Source: Ostrea edulis (taxonomy: Eukaryota). From it: 64,000 bases of DNA. The notes below the pieces were generated by a model, which was not told the DNA's origin, ran no database searches, and saw only the letters and a list, made by a program, of their open reading frames with translations. Shown here piece by piece: positions 26,040 through 39,017 of the stretch. Where the stretch lies: positions 8,680,001-8,744,000 of the forward strand of contig NC_079171.1 of NCBI RefSeq assembly GCF_947568905.1, in the 5' to 3' direction. The position numbers and the translations under genes were made by a program. The number at the start of each line of letters is the position of its first letter. Position 1 is the first letter of the stretch.

Positions 26040-26081
26040 AGAGAACCGAGATAAACTGATTCCCTGTTATCTCGGTTCTCT
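26040..26081. repeat. Perfect 15-bp inverted repeat with 12-nt loop
   Basis: agagaaccgagataa-actgattccctg-ttatctcggttctct; probably a transposon-derived hairpin. Confidence 0.8.
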
Positions 26082-27444
26082 ACGCGTACAACAATTTTTG
26101 ACGGCCAGGATTCGGGCTTCATCGTCATTTCACGCGAATAACGAGAGTTCCTTTCAAAACAACAACGACGCTAACTTTGACGTCACAGTCGACTACACTA
26201 CGTTACAGTGAAGTAGGCCTATGAAGTGCGAAAGTTCGTAACGTAGGACAGTAGAGTTTGACGTCACCGACTCTACCATTCGGAATCTCTCTAGTGAGAC
26301 ATAAAAATCAACTGACCAATGAAATCCGCTCTTTTGGGCTAACCAAAGTACCGATTAACCGTTGTTTGTGTGTAGCATCATTCAGCGGGGAACCAGTTTA
26401 ACAGAAGCGAGATAAACATGGGTACCAGTTTATCATTTTTTCTCTCAAAGTAATTTTGATTAGGCGTCGTTTTACGAAAACCAATTAAAATCATTATTCT
26501 ATACAAACAGATCAATCGAGTACTTGTATTTATTATGACGAACCAAGACGGATAGCAGTTATTTTTCCGTTGCCGGCAATCACTAAAAAACGATCGGCCA
26601 TACCGAGCGAAAAAAGAAAATTTGGGCCTTTCTGATGACTTTACTAAGCCTTTAGTAAGCCACCTTGAATACTTATCGGCCATTTGTTGGTGGTCAACAC
26701 CAATCTGAATCACTGCCTTATAAACTGATACTAGTTTGTGTATTATCATTGGTGTATTTACAGTGAGGTAAAATTCTATTTAGATTAAATTTCCTACCTC
26801 TTGGGACTACTTCTTGGGACTAATGATACCTTTGTAACATATCTTGCGTTCGTATACTCTGTACTTTGTGTTGTGCTCGTTTTATTTCATTTCATAGTGG
26901 TGACTTACAAAAGACCCAGCTACACTATGAAGTTAATAGAAATGAAAATAAGATTGACAACACTTTACGAATTTATTACCAGTATGAATATGACAAACAG
27001 ACACTCCTAAAGCTTAGAACTTAGCCTACAAACTATCAACAAATTCTCCCAACCCAAAGGTAATATTATAATTTAGTAAGTTAAATGTGGCAAACTGAAA
27101 GTATAACGACAAAATGGATAAAGTAGATGTGATTCCAGTATAGGAAGATTGGGAGGAGAAGTGTTGCTAGCACGGCCATCTGTCTCGTGTCGACGAATTG
27201 TTGGCTGCATGGCCTTATATAGTAATTTAAGGAAAACAAATTGTCATTAAAGTTATTGGCCGAAAGATAAAGTGGGTTTGCTAAAATGCAATATTACATG
27301 GGAGCAAAATTCAGAAATAAAAGTAAAAGTTAAACCGAAACTACCACACATTTAGGTAATACTCAGGTGACTGATAAGGCCTGTGGGCCTCTTGTTGTGC
27401 ATTGTTATGGGAACCATTTCTAGTATTGTCGTCGAATTTTTCAG

Positions 27445-27556
27445 AATAAAGTATATCCTAGAGAACTAGATCACAGAGACCCAAAAGTCCGAGGTCGTAT
27501 CCGAGTGCAGCTCAGAGATGAAAATGATGGATATGTTATGCCAGAATTCAAAACAA
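27445..27556 (+). CDS. SRP19: Signal recognition particle 19 kDa protein, penultimate coding exon (112 nt)
   Basis: tttttcag|AAT...ACA A|gtaag encodes NKVYPRELDHRDPKVRGRIRVQLRDENDGYVMPEFKT, matching SRP19 YxRE...RGRVRVQLK. Confidence 0.88.
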
Positions 27557-27883
27557 GTAAGAACTCTACAAAGCATTCCTTGTATACACCAAACTAGAAA
27601 ATGAAGTTTCTACTCCCATTAACCTTCGCTCCTGCAATGAAAATTGGTCATGTTTTCTCAGACCAGTCACAATAGGTTGAGTGTTCGCTATACAACAAGG
27701 AAGGAAGGGGGTGGTCCAAATTTGATTCTCGATCCTGTGCTGCCCCAAACTTACAATATTATCGTAGGCAGTGTCATCGTTTCTAAACTCCAGGCTTTGA
27801 AAGTAAAAGTTACCATTTCCTAGACGAAAAACGGTAAAAACTATTGCTCCAAGGAGGTAGCAATGACCCGGAAATGTAAGAAT

Positions 27884-28182
27884 ATATCGAGTTACTGATC
27901 CCGTACTGAATTTTTCAGAGGATATCGAGTTACTGATCCCGTACTGGATTTGTCAGAGGATATCGAGTTACTAATCCCGTACTGGATTTGTCAGAGGATA
28001 TCAAGTTACTGATCCCGTACTGGATTTGTCAGAGGATATCGAGTTACTGATCCCGTACTGGATTTGTCAGAGGATATCGAGTTACTAATCCCGTACTGGA
28101 TTTGTCAGAGGATATCAAGTTATTGATCCCGTACTGGATTTGTCAGAGGATATCGAGTTACTGATCCCGTACTGGATTTGTC
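27884..28182 (+). repeat. 38-bp minisatellite, about 8 units, in the SRP19 intron
   Basis: Unit atatcgagttactgatcccgtactggatttgtcagagg at 38-bp spacing. Confidence 0.95.
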
Positions 28183-28704
28183 TGTCACACTCGCACCTCC
28201 GAATACTCATATACATAAGTGTAAGGGAACTGCAGGGATCTATTATTTTAACAGATCAAACAGAGTTACTGATCCTATACCACAACTTAGAATATGAAGT
28301 GAATATTGATTAATGATGTACAGTAGTGTAGGTACAGTGTTTGTCTTTGTCTCATGATTATTCATGATAACTTGTCACGTATTGACAAAGCTTCGGTATC
28401 AGATGAGCAATCTCGTTATCAAAAGAGAAACCTCTTTACACCTAAATCAAAACATGTATCAGATAAAGCACATTTTTGAAGAATCTGAAATATGTATAAA
28501 CTTTGACTTTGTTACTTAGCTCTTTTCAGAGCAGGCAGCCATTTTCTGGCATTATACATATTAAATATTTTGTTGGAAAAGGGAGTCAGCTTTTATGATA
28601 TGATAGCAATTTAAAATATGTCCAATATTTACTAGTCTCTTTACATTCTATATATATTTTCTGTATTTTGTAAATACACTGCAATTGTATATTTTTATTG
28701 CATC

Positions 28705-29195
28705 TTATACACCCCCCCGCAACAAAGTTGTGGGGGGGGGGAGTATACTGGAATCGGTTTGTCCGTCTGTCTGTTCTTTCGTCTGTAGACGCAATGGTTT
28801 CCGGGCTCTGGAGCATTATCCTTTCCACCTACAGTCACCATATGAAACACATGGACTATCCATGAGACAAAGATGTTGCCCATCAGATTTGGGGTCTTAA
28901 GGTCAAGCGCACTGGACATCTAGCAATAGGATTTCCAGGTTCTAAAGCGTTATCCTTTCCACCTACAGTCACCATATCATACATATGGACTACCCATGGA
29001 ATGAAGATGTTCCCTATTGAATTTGGGGTCAAAGGTCAGAAGTCAAGTGCAGTGGACATCGAAGTAGCAATATAGTTTCCGGGCTCTAAAGGGTTATCCT
29101 TTCCACCTACAGTCTCCATATCATACATATTGACTACCCATGGGACAAAGGTGTTCCCTATGGAATTTGGTGTCAAAAGGTCAAAGGTCAAGTGC
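28705..29195 (+). mobile_element. HINE/DINE-like element with internal tandem repeats
   Basis: 5' hairpin cccccccgcaacaaagttgtggggggg, ccgtctgtctg tract, three internal ~135-145 bp repeats starting tatcctttccacctacagtc. Confidence 0.6.
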
Positions 29196-29426
29196 ACTCT
29201 TAGAAAAGAGACTACCCAAGGTTTTGTCATGCCCTTTCTTTTAGACACTCAGGAAAGGTAATTTATACCTATTAACAACACCCTTTGGGAGATTGGGGTA
29301 AGCAAAGGGTATCCTTAGTAAGCATTGCTCACAGTGCCTCTTGTTTATACATAAAGAATAACAAATTCCAATGCACTTGGTTGAGGTTTGCCTGCCTCAA
29401 GTAAAAACAATGTAAAGTCTCCTTGG

Positions 29427-30356
29427 TTTTTAGGTTACCTGAGTAAACTTAATTGGTTGTCCTCCGCTTTTGTGCGTCGTCCGTCGTGTGTTAACACTTG
29501 GACATTTCTAACTTCTTGATACCTATTATCCCCATTCTTTTCAAATTTGGTATGACACATCTAAAGAACAAGGGGGACATCAATTTTTAATTTCAGGACT
29601 CTTGGACCCCTGAGGCCTTAGAGACAGGGCAACAACTGCCAAAAATTGACCAATTTATACAAGTCTTCTTCCTAGAACTGCACATGTGTAAGACAAAGTA
29701 AATGCATAGTGATGTAAGGCAGGATGGTCTCTACCAAAATTGTAAATTTCATGATCCCCAGGGTAGGGGTTCTGACCCCAGTGTGGGGCCAAACTTAGTA
29801 TATAGTATTTATGTGTAAAACATTTAAACATCTTTAGTGCTATTAACACTAAATTGAAACTAAATGGATATTTAGAAAGAGTAGGTAGTCCTTTACAAAA
29901 ATTGCAAATTCCATAAGCCTAGGGGTAAGGGTTTGGTTTAAGGATGGTGTCAAAATTATAACAGTGATTGGAAGGACATATTTAAGTTTGCTGATACTGT
30001 ATAAAATCTAAATGTATACTAAGGAATAGCAAAAAAGGATGTACAAAAAATGGTGAATTTTACAACCCCAGGGTTTACACTGATCTTAGATGCGACCAAA
30101 TAAGTCATATCTTTTAATGTTAATACACATATTATATTATGTAAAACCTTTCATCAGTGTATGCACTTTTGAGGGCATTGAAGTTTTAAAACACATCTTG
30201 TTTTATACTGTTCCTGAACATTAGAATTTAGCTTAGATATTCAGAACGGGAATTTTTCCCTAGATTTCATAAATACACATGTAGTCTTTTCGAGTAGTGA
30301 TACATGTACTTTTTTTTAGTACTCAAGTGACCGTTAAGGCCTGTTGGCCTCTTGTT
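29427..30356 (+). mobile_element. HINE/DINE-like element; a second 3' end of the same type at 27361-27396
   Basis: Subterminal inverted motifs tacctgagta / tactcaagtga, cgtcgtccgtcg tract, 3' hairpin aggcctgttggcct followed by cttgtt. Confidence 0.6.
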
Positions 30357-30411
30357 TAATGTAGAATCATAAAGAATATCGATTGGTTGAAACAACACTC
30401 TTTTTTTGCAG

Positions 30412-30545
30412 GGAAAGCGGTTCTGGAAGTTATATGTGAGAAAATTCCAAAATTAAAATCGCGGATTCAGGGCGCATCTTCCCAGCCTGCCCCAGCTCAA
30501 CAGCAGACATCCGCAAAGTCAAAGAAAGGACGCAAGGGGAAATAG
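30412..30545 (+). CDS. SRP19: SRP19 last coding exon (134 nt to the stop)
   Basis: tctttttttgcag|GG completes A|GG (Arg), then KAVLEVICEKIPKLKSRIQGASSQPAPAQQQTSAKSKKGRKGK*, matching SRP19 IPKLKTR...SKKGKGKK. Confidence 0.88.
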
Positions 30546-32634
30546 TCAGGGATATAAAGGGGAAATAATCAGGGATATAAAGGGGAGATAAACAGCGATA
30601 CACAGAGAAGAAGTGTTTGGATGACAATGGCTGGTGTGAGTGGACATCATACTGACTGGAATAGACTGATATGTGATGAGAATTTGAATAATCCATCATG
30701 TGCGACACGACATAGTGACATTTTCCTTTCTACATTATATTCTAAAACATTACAGTTTGTCATTTCTTCCTGTTTGCACGTCCTAGGAATAATTTGATGT
30801 TATACATAATACATTATGTCAATATCACTTCTGTCTTCACACCACAGGGATAATTTGATGTTATATATAATACATGATGTCAATGTTTGTTTGTGTATTA
30901 TTGACAGTTATATATGTATATGTACAAAGTGAGGGAACTCAAGAACTAATGTTAAGGTACTGCCTCTCAATTTCAGACAGGATAAAACATTAATTCATAT
31001 AAAAACTGCTAGTTTGTATGTTCGGAGTCTGCAATGGTAAAGGTTTTCTGTTTGAAACAAGGTTTATATCTCAATCACTGTCTGATATGCATGAAACTAA
31101 GAAGTCGTCAGTGATATTTCACACATGTATTCTTTATTTGTATTGTTTATTGTTGATGTAGTACTGTTTTTGTTGTGTGAAAGCTAGGTAGGGATATTAA
31201 CATGGAACGGAAGTGAATAGATGCGAAAGAGCAAATATACCAATTGATTATACATGTAAAACTTACTGGTCGATTCAAAGTTTTGAAAAATGAATATGTT
31301 CTCTTATTGGTTATTTCAGTTTATCTATATCAACACGTGTGATGCTGGGTTTTTTTTTTATTTGGATATTGACAAATAAGATAATAATCAATAATAATAA
31401 GGTGAGACCGGTCGACGGGGGATGCTTACTCATCCTAGGTACGTGATACCACCTCTGGTTTATCCAGGGGTCCGTGTTTGTCCAACTCTCTATTTTGTAT
31501 TGCTTATATAGTAGTTATGAGATTGATCAGTTCATTAACTTCACCATTTCATGCATCAGTTTGAGGAGGATATTTTTATTGGGATTAGTTTGTGACATGT
31601 GATCTGTTTATCTGTAATAGATTAAAAGATTTATTTATCTGGACAAATTTGCCTGGACCTAAGGCGTCCACATTAACGAAGTTTTATATGTATGTTTGAC
31701 AAGTGGTCAAAAGCCAAAAAGGTTGTCGCAAGGCTAAGACAGGCCAGAAAGGACACATGTAAAGTTACAGAGGTTGCCATGAGGCTAGGGATGATTAGGG
31801 GGGACATGCACAAAGTTTCACATATTCCAAACCTCTGAAAATTCAAATGGATTCAAAATCGATATCATGAACTTACTTTGATTTGGTAAGAAGTTGTGGT
31901 CAAGGTTAAAGTTTGTGTCGAGATACATCGTCAAATATTGAAATAAAATTTCCATAATTTAGAAATATTCCGATTTTCAAATTTAAACGAATTCCAATAG
32001 GAATTATTATAAAGGTTGTCATAAAGAATATGGTAATCAGAAAACTACATGCCCTTGATATAAAATGACTGACAATTGAAATGAATTTATTAAAATATCT
32101 TCATGAAAGTGCATAAAATTAGCAATAAGTTGATTATCTTAGTAAATTCTATCAATTTTGATTGGAATTGGTATTTTTAGCTCATCTGAGGCAAAGGGTT
32201 ATGTGAGCTTTTCTGATCAAAACTTTTCGTTGCCTGGTGTTGTAATCTTTTCACATTTTCATTTTCTTCCAAATCACCTAGCCAATTTAAACTAAACTTA
32301 ACACAAAGCACCCTTTGGTGAAGGGGATTCAAGTTGATTGAAATGAGGAGCAATGCCCTTCTCTAAGGAGAGATAATGAAGATACACTTACACATTTTAT
32401 TCTTCTCTAGAACTAGCAAGCCAATTTCAATGAAATTTGGTACAAAGCATCATTGTGTGAAGGGAAACCCTATTGTCTTGAAATGAAAGGCCATGCCCCT
32501 TTCAAAGGGGAGATAATCATAAAAATGTGATGGGGTCATTTAAAAGTTTTCTCAAGAGCCATTGGGTCAGGCAAGTTCAAATTTACGTTACGGATTCCTG
32601 ACACAGTGCAAATTCAAGTGTGTTCAAATCAGGG

Positions 32635-32955
32635 GCGAAAAGAATCTGGGTTGTGTGTTTGAGGATGAAGGCAATTTAGGGAGGGAGGAATGTAAGCGGT
32701 CAGCCGAATTCGAACACCGGTAGTTGGTAGAACACCTGATTAGAGATTCAGGGAGTCCAGGTTCGAATCTCTGTATGGTCCGTTGCATTTTATCCTTTTC
32801 CGTTATATTTGGTGCCGTAGATCAGCCACTGGAACTGACTGGTGAAAATGTCTGTCAAGGAATAAATATCCTGGGTTGATGTCCTCAAGAGAATTCCAGG
32901 GACCCGGGTTCGAATCCCAGTAAGTTCCGTTTTCATTTTCTCCATTCCTGTAATA
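32635..32955 (+). mobile_element. Paralogous, 5'-truncated copy of the miniature tRNA-LTR retroelement
   Basis: PPT agggagggaggaa, LTR from 32691, PBS-like tggtgccgtagatc, same internal deletion junction as the 16.6-17.1 kb copy. Confidence 0.75.
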
Positions 32956-33902
32956 TAATTAAGAGTTTGTTTTACTTTTACGATGGTGAAATCATGCTTT
33001 ATACAAAATGCTTATACGAGGCATTAGATGAAACACTTTTTCTATAGTCTTACATGTATGTATACAGTGGTAGACTTAAGGCGCCCCCCCCCCCCTCCTT
33101 AAATTTTCAAATTTAAGGATATCTTGTTTATAAAAAAAAAATGTAAACGATAAAAGAAGCAATAATTTCTTCCAGTCTCGGCGAAATAAATGAAAAAATC
33201 TTTTGATTTATTGAATTACTTTTATTTGGAGAACGTACTTTTTTTTTTCAAAACCCTTAAAATTTGCGTCATTTTCTTTTAATTTAATCTCATTTAAAAT
33301 GACAGAAAATAGTTCAAATGACTAGATAAGAGATAATTTTGAGCGTTAAAAAATCTGTAAATTCCAAGAGCTCCTGGGGGCTTCACACCCTGGGTCCACC
33401 AGACCCCCTGCCTCATTAACTTGCGCCTCTATAACTGCAATTCCTGGATCCGCCCTTGGTATGTACATTTTTAGGAAGTTCCGACATTCTGAAAACTGCG
33501 TTTGCGTCTAAATTTAGCATTTCTAATCTTGGAATACCATATACAACTGTCATCAGCGTATCACTGTATTAAATTAGCCTGTATATAAATCGAATTTAAA
33601 CCTTACCCCCCCCCCCCTTAAAATCAGATTAGGCCTACTTATGTTCCGCATAGCTTTCCATCTTTCTGACTACTCTGCCTACGTCACAGTTTTGTCTCAT
33701 TTCTGGAGACAGTTTATGCACGTCGTTGTTGCGGACAGTTTAGACTATAGATCTACAAGGACGGTGAAATGTGTGCCTTTTGTGCTTGTTGGCAATGGCA
33801 ATGTCGACAATCGACACTTCATCAACAGACATCACACTGTGTTCCAATTGTTTCGGAAAATTCAGAACACCGAGGTTACAACGGGTTCGCCGAATTTGAA
33901 AT

Positions 33903-33914
33903 GAAACCGAAAGT
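33903..33914 (+). promoter_or_regulatory. ISRE/IRF-E upstream of TRIM copy 3
   Basis: GAAACCGAAAGT, 20 nt before the ATG. Confidence 0.65.
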
Positions 33915-33933
33915 TGATTTGTAATTCATAAAG

Positions 33934-35808
33934 ATGGCAACATCACTAGACAGCTCTTCGATGGAGGATGTTACATTGTGTTCTATATGTTTCGAAAAGT
34001 TCAAGTCGCCGAGGTTTTTACCGTGTACACATTCCTTCTGTCACGGATGTTTATCTTCCTACATTGTTAATGTGTGTAAATCTACGGAGCCTCGTTTGGG
34101 ATTTAATTGTCCATTATGCCGCGAGTACACACCCTGTCCTGGAGCCTTCGATAAGTCAGACGAGTGGGCGGAGCTATTTCCTGTGAATGAAGTTTTAGAG
34201 ACAATCATTAAGAAACCTGATGGGGAATTATGTGATGCCTGTTTACGAGAAAACGAAAGTGAAAACGCTATCGGGTTTTGCTTGTCTTGTACTGAATATT
34301 TATGTAAGATGTGTACCAAATATCACAAAAGGCAATTACTCTCAAGAGACCATACCATATGTCAATTAAACGAGATGAAATCAGAGAACATATTTCCTGA
34401 ATCAGGAAATATCCACGGTTGCCCTGAGCATAAAAAGGAAACAATAAAATTCTTCTGTAACGAACACCAGCAGTCCTGTTGTTCAGTGTGTATAGGAACA
34501 AAGCACAGAAAATGCGAAAGTGTTGATACTGTCGAAGATGCGGCCAAAAATATAAAAGAAAATGGCCAACTGGATGTACTTCTGGGTGATGTGAAGAACC
34601 TGGAAAAGAAACTGACAAAAGCAAAGAGCGAACAAGAAAAAAATGTAGCAGAAATAGAGAATTCAGTGGACGAAATCATAGAGAAAACAGAAAGGGAATT
34701 CAAAGAACTTGTTGATCACCTAGAAATACTGAAGAACAAACATTTAGATGAAGTAGCAGGTGCCCTGAAGAAAGGTAGGAGGAAGTTAAGTGATTGTGCA
34801 AATGTACTTACTGATGGTAAACAGTGTACAAATTACTGCTGTCGGAATATTGAAAGAGTTAAAGAGACGGAGAATGACGCTGAGATGGTAACTACTTATT
34901 ACAGAGTGAAAGAGAGGCTCTTACAGCTTAAACGGTTTAAATTCACGAAGATAAACATAACGATATCTGAAATGACGTCACAAGTTTTGAAAGAAGTGAG
35001 AAATATGGAATCTTTTGGTGATATTGAATATATTGAGTCTGATCGTCACATCACGTACGATGTACATGACATTGCGTTATCTTTAGTTTCTGAATTCAAT
35101 ATTGCTGGAGGAAATCCGAATGTGTGGACTGGGAATTTTCTGTCAAATGGTAACTTTGTAGTTGCAGACCACAGCAGTAGTGGCTGTTGTTTTATTTATA
35201 ACAAAGACTGGAAATCCACGGAAGTCATTGATGGACTGAGTTACCCTTTTCAAGCAATACAAGCTGGAGAAGAATTACTGGTGACGTGTCATTTAGCGAA
35301 GTCTATAGAAGTTTTTTCTGCGTCTGATTTACATAAACTGCGAAGCATCAATATAAACGAAACAGTGTATGGAATAACAAAACACAATGGAGCGTGTTAT
35401 GTAGCATGTGGAAGTAAAATTATAAAAATTGATATGTCCGGTAAAAACCTTCGAGAATATAAAGTTGAAGGCAATAATAATGTTAACATAAGTGGAACAA
35501 ATGATGGACATCTTGTGTACAGTAACTGGTTCCTTAATACAGTAACCGCCATCACGGACCAGGGAGACACCATCTGGCAGTATAAGCATCTCAAAATGAA
35601 ACAACCCCGTGGACTTGATGTAGACTCTGTCGGTAATATCTTTGTTGCCGCTGAACAAAGTAACAATATCCATGTGTTGTCTGGTGCTGGTACACTCCTT
35701 AGGATTATCGAGGATATTCCACAGCCAGTGTTTATTAAACTAATGCAGGATAGGAGTATGTGTTGTGTGTGTAGCAATCGCAAAATAATGAAAGTGTATA
35801 AACTGTAG
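33934..35808 (+). CDS. TRIM E3 ubiquitin ligase, copy 3, 624 aa, intact and intronless
   Basis: Same domain order as copy 1; uninterrupted ORF; AATAAA at 35828-35833. Confidence 0.93.
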   Translation: MATSLDSSSMEDVTLCSICFEKFKSPRFLPCTHSFCHGCLSSYIVNVCKSTEPRLGFNCPLCREYTPCPGAFDKSDEWAELFPVNEVLETIIKKPDGELCDACLRENESENAIGFCLSCTEYLCKMCTKYHKRQLLSRDHTICQLNEMKSENIFPESGNIHGCPEHKKETIKFFCNEHQQSCCSVCIGTKHRKCESVDTVEDAAKNIKENGQLDVLLGDVKNLEKKLTKAKSEQEKNVAEIENSVDEIIEKTEREFKELVDHLEILKNKHLDEVAGALKKGRRKLSDCANVLTDGKQCTNYCCRNIERVKETENDAEMVTTYYRVKERLLQLKRFKFTKINITISEMTSQVLKEVRNMESFGDIEYIESDRHITYDVHDIALSLVSEFNIAGGNPNVWTGNFLSNGNFVVADHSSSGCCFIYNKDWKSTEVIDGLSYPFQAIQAGEELLVTCHLAKSIEVFSASDLHKLRSININETVYGITKHNGACYVACGSKIIKIDMSGKNLREYKVEGNNNVNISGTNDGHLVYSNWFLNTVTAITDQGDTIWQYKHLKMKQPRGLDVDSVGNIFVAAEQSNNIHVLSGAGTLLRIIEDIPQPVFIKLMQDRSMCCVCSNRKIMKVYKL

Positions 35809-35895
35809 GATTTTGTAACTTTGCCTTAATAAAATAAGAAAAATCAACTTTAGTGTTCACACAAGTTATCTTATACATACATTGGAAGTATTGCC

Positions 35896-35973
35896 TTCAT
35901 TCAACTAATGGAAGAGAGGAGTGTTTGTTGTGTGTGCAGCTATTACACAATCATGAAAGTGTATAAACTGTAG
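35896..35973 (+). pseudogene. Duplicated TRIM 3' end (last 25 codons plus stop)
   Basis: Translates FIQLMEERSVCCVCSYYTIMKVYKL*. Confidence 0.88.
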
Positions 35974-36551
35974 ATTTTTGTGATTTGTTTTAAAATATTC
36001 CATGAGATAAAATATGCCAAAATACAAGTCGTTGGACAATTTTATCAATGCAATTCTAATTGAAAATCAAATATAAAATATGATTTCGTTCGATGACTCG
36101 CTGAATTTTAACTTAACAAAAATCGTCTGTGTCAACCCACTGTTCTTGCTGAATGGTTTCACTCAAGGGAGGTCTTGGGCTCTATTTTTGATTCCAGTAC
36201 GTCGTCAGACTTAAGACTGAATCCATTGATAGTGAATCAATATGTATAACCTTAAAGCTAAAATGAGGTTATAAATATCTTACAATGTTTTCGCCACATA
36301 CAATATTTCATTTACATGTATTTGTATTGCTGTACATCAAGTATGTAGGAAACTCTACTATTTTTTGTTTTTTTGTTTTGGTTGATTCGGTGGCTTGTCA
36401 GAAGAAGCGAATAAATTGTCACTGTACATAATCGGCAGTTGTCAGTCTCAGTAAATAAAAATGATATAAAATACGGATTATGTATTCGTTATTCTAAAAC
36501 AATCAACAATATGTAAAATATATACTAAGGGTAATGATTTCTATTTACTGT

Positions 36552-36760
36552 ATGAAAGGTGAAGATGACTAAAAAAAATTGATCATTCTCATAACTCCCA
36601 CAAGCAATACAAAAAAGATAGATTGGCAAGCATGGCCCCTGGACACACCAGAGGTGGGATCTGGTGCCTAGGAGGAGTAAGCATCGCTTATCGACCGGTC
36701 ACACCCGCCGTGAGCCCTATATCCTGATCGGGTAAACGGAGTTATCCGCAGTCAAAATCA
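36552..36760 (-). mobile_element. PLE 3' fragment
   Basis: gaaaggtgaagat...ctggacacaccagaggtgggatc...cagtcaaaatca matches 48913-49115. Confidence 0.8.
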
Positions 36761-36776
36761 TTGTACAATTGTATTT

Positions 36777-37369
36777 GACTATAATGACCAAACAATTCTC
36801 AATCGACAAGCATTGACCGGTCTTAAGCAGTATTGTACATTGTACATTTATTTCCATTGAAATAGGTGTAAGTTTATAACTTGCCTGCATTTCATATTCT
36901 TGTTATACTCCCCGTATATTGTGACGTCAACAGTTGTAGGGGAAGTAACACTAATCTAGATCAATGCTTATCGGCTACGACCGTAGCAGTGGGGGTTCTT
37001 TAACGCCGGGCAATGCCTATCGCGTCGCCTCCATATCCAAACGATTCGGGATTCTCACTTGTAACTATGGAGCAATTTGCAAAAGAGCAATCCCTGCATG
37101 CATTTGAGTGCTAGCCATGACACCAGAGGAGCTCTAACTAACGAATTCGCGGTTGCTAACTTTACCTTCGATAAGATTTCTTATATCAAGTATGAATGCC
37201 TATTTAGTACATGTACACATTATTTACATTGTAATACATACGGGCTGAATTTTATTATAATCAGTGTTGGCAGAAATGTGGTCAATATGAGTATTGACCG
37301 GGCCGGTGGTCAATACTGGTTAAGACCGGGCAATGCTTGTCGATTGAAAATTGTTTGGTCATTATAGTC
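36777..37369. mobile_element. MITE with ~59-bp TIRs
   Basis: gactataatgaccaaacaattctcaatcgacaagcattgaccggtcttaagcagtattg and its reverse complement at 37311-37369; no clear TSD. Confidence 0.8.
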
Positions 37370-37620
37370 TCGTTGGAATTGTTACTTGTTATTCTAATTG
37401 TTTATGTGGCCATAACGGTAGCTATTGTAATTCATCACATGTACTATGAGTTTATGATATACTTATAAGTCATACTATCAAAAAACATAATGTAAATGAC
37501 TCGATTGAGTTGGGGAAGATGCAAAGTTCTCTGTTCAAATACCTTACCTTTAACAAGATCTACCTATTGTTTTAAATATTCATTTAATAAATAAACATTT
37601 GAGTGGTGGGTTGGTGATGT

Positions 37621-37622
<2 letters not shown>

Positions 37623-37682
<60 letters not shown>
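37623..37682 (+). repeat. (GA)n microsatellite
   Basis: Pure GA run. Confidence 0.98.
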
Positions 37683-37684
<2 letters not shown>

Positions 37685-38310
37685 CGATCATATTTACACA
37701 ATGAATGCCGGCATCATTGGGGAACAGGAAGTATACAATACAGGTATTCTTACAACTGCCCACATCAAAGAGTATTTGAAATTCGCTTTTAAAATTAGCT
37801 AGACATGCAGGGCTGATTTCTTGTAAAGTTGTTCGCCCAGCCAAAGACCTACTAACCCTGAGAAAATAACTGCATATTTAAAACTTACTTTTACATGTAT
37901 TACTACAAGTATACATCTTCTAATGGAGTACGACGGACCTAATTCGTTTCTAGTTCATTATTTTTATTGAAATTTGATATACAGTTGAATATGCAGTAAA
38001 ATATACTAAATTGATGAGATCTGTCCATTTTGTTACAGGTACAATAATTTCATTTAGCGGAAATTTTTTCACGTCCGATCGGGTGTCTATACCAAGAAAT
38101 TTATTCGCCCGTGGTAAAATTCATGCATCTCGGACGGTCGGGTGCACGGTTATTTCAAACACTACAACGGGCTGAAAACTCTAAATTCTATAATAACAAG
38201 AGAGTGAAGTTAATTAGAAAAAGTAACAGACGTTTCAAGTGAATCTGTAATACAAGTTAAAAATAAGCATAGTTTTAAAACGCGTTCATGTTTTCAAGGG
38301 GTTGTTTGGT

Positions 38311-38981
38311 GGGTACCTGTAAAGTGTGAAACGAAATAGAAACGAAACGAAACGAAACCCACCGAAACGAAACGAAATAGATAGCATAACCGAACTCATT
38401 TAATTATAATATTTAAAAATGGTATCTTAGGCTCCTGTGAAAGTTACCACGTATAAATAAGATTCGCCTCCCCTTTGGTGTAGGCTTTCGGCTTGACTGA
38501 TACAAAGTTTCAAAAGTTGGAAAGGGAAGGTGAGTAAGTACAAAGTACACATCCGAAGTTGATTAAATTCCATGTGCAATTAGTTTCAGATCCATAAATT
38601 TCAGAACGGAGCGTTACAATCTCAGAGGTCCGGAGAAACACACTTACCGCCGGGTGGAGTCGCCGGCGTTGGATCCACCTTTGGACATACATATATGTTT
38701 CAGTATTTTTTGCTTTACAGACAAATATATATATATGCGGATATTCTGTATTTGTATGTAGTATATCAAACGGTGGATTTTTAGTATGTCCTCCCGTTCT
38801 CTTTGTAATTTCTGCTTCTCTTGTTCATAAGCCTTTTGATTTTACAAAATGCTGACCTCCTCCTGATATTATTGCATAACAAAAATTTCCGTTCTCCGTC
38901 CGTTTTCAATTCCACGTCTTAGCAACAACCCAAATGAATAGAATTTTTAGACTCTTTATATATCAATAATAATTTTTAATA

Positions 38982-39017
<36 letters not shown>

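Noticed and set aside
27884-28182. Regular arrays resembling CRISPR (also 14462, 60031, 61952)
   Set aside because: Units are contiguous with no unique spacers, no cas genes, eukaryotic context.
38325-38385. (GAAAC)n tract as an ISRE cluster
   Set aside because: 5-bp periodicity rather than GAAANNGAAA, and it is part of the MULE TIR mirrored at 39285-39335.
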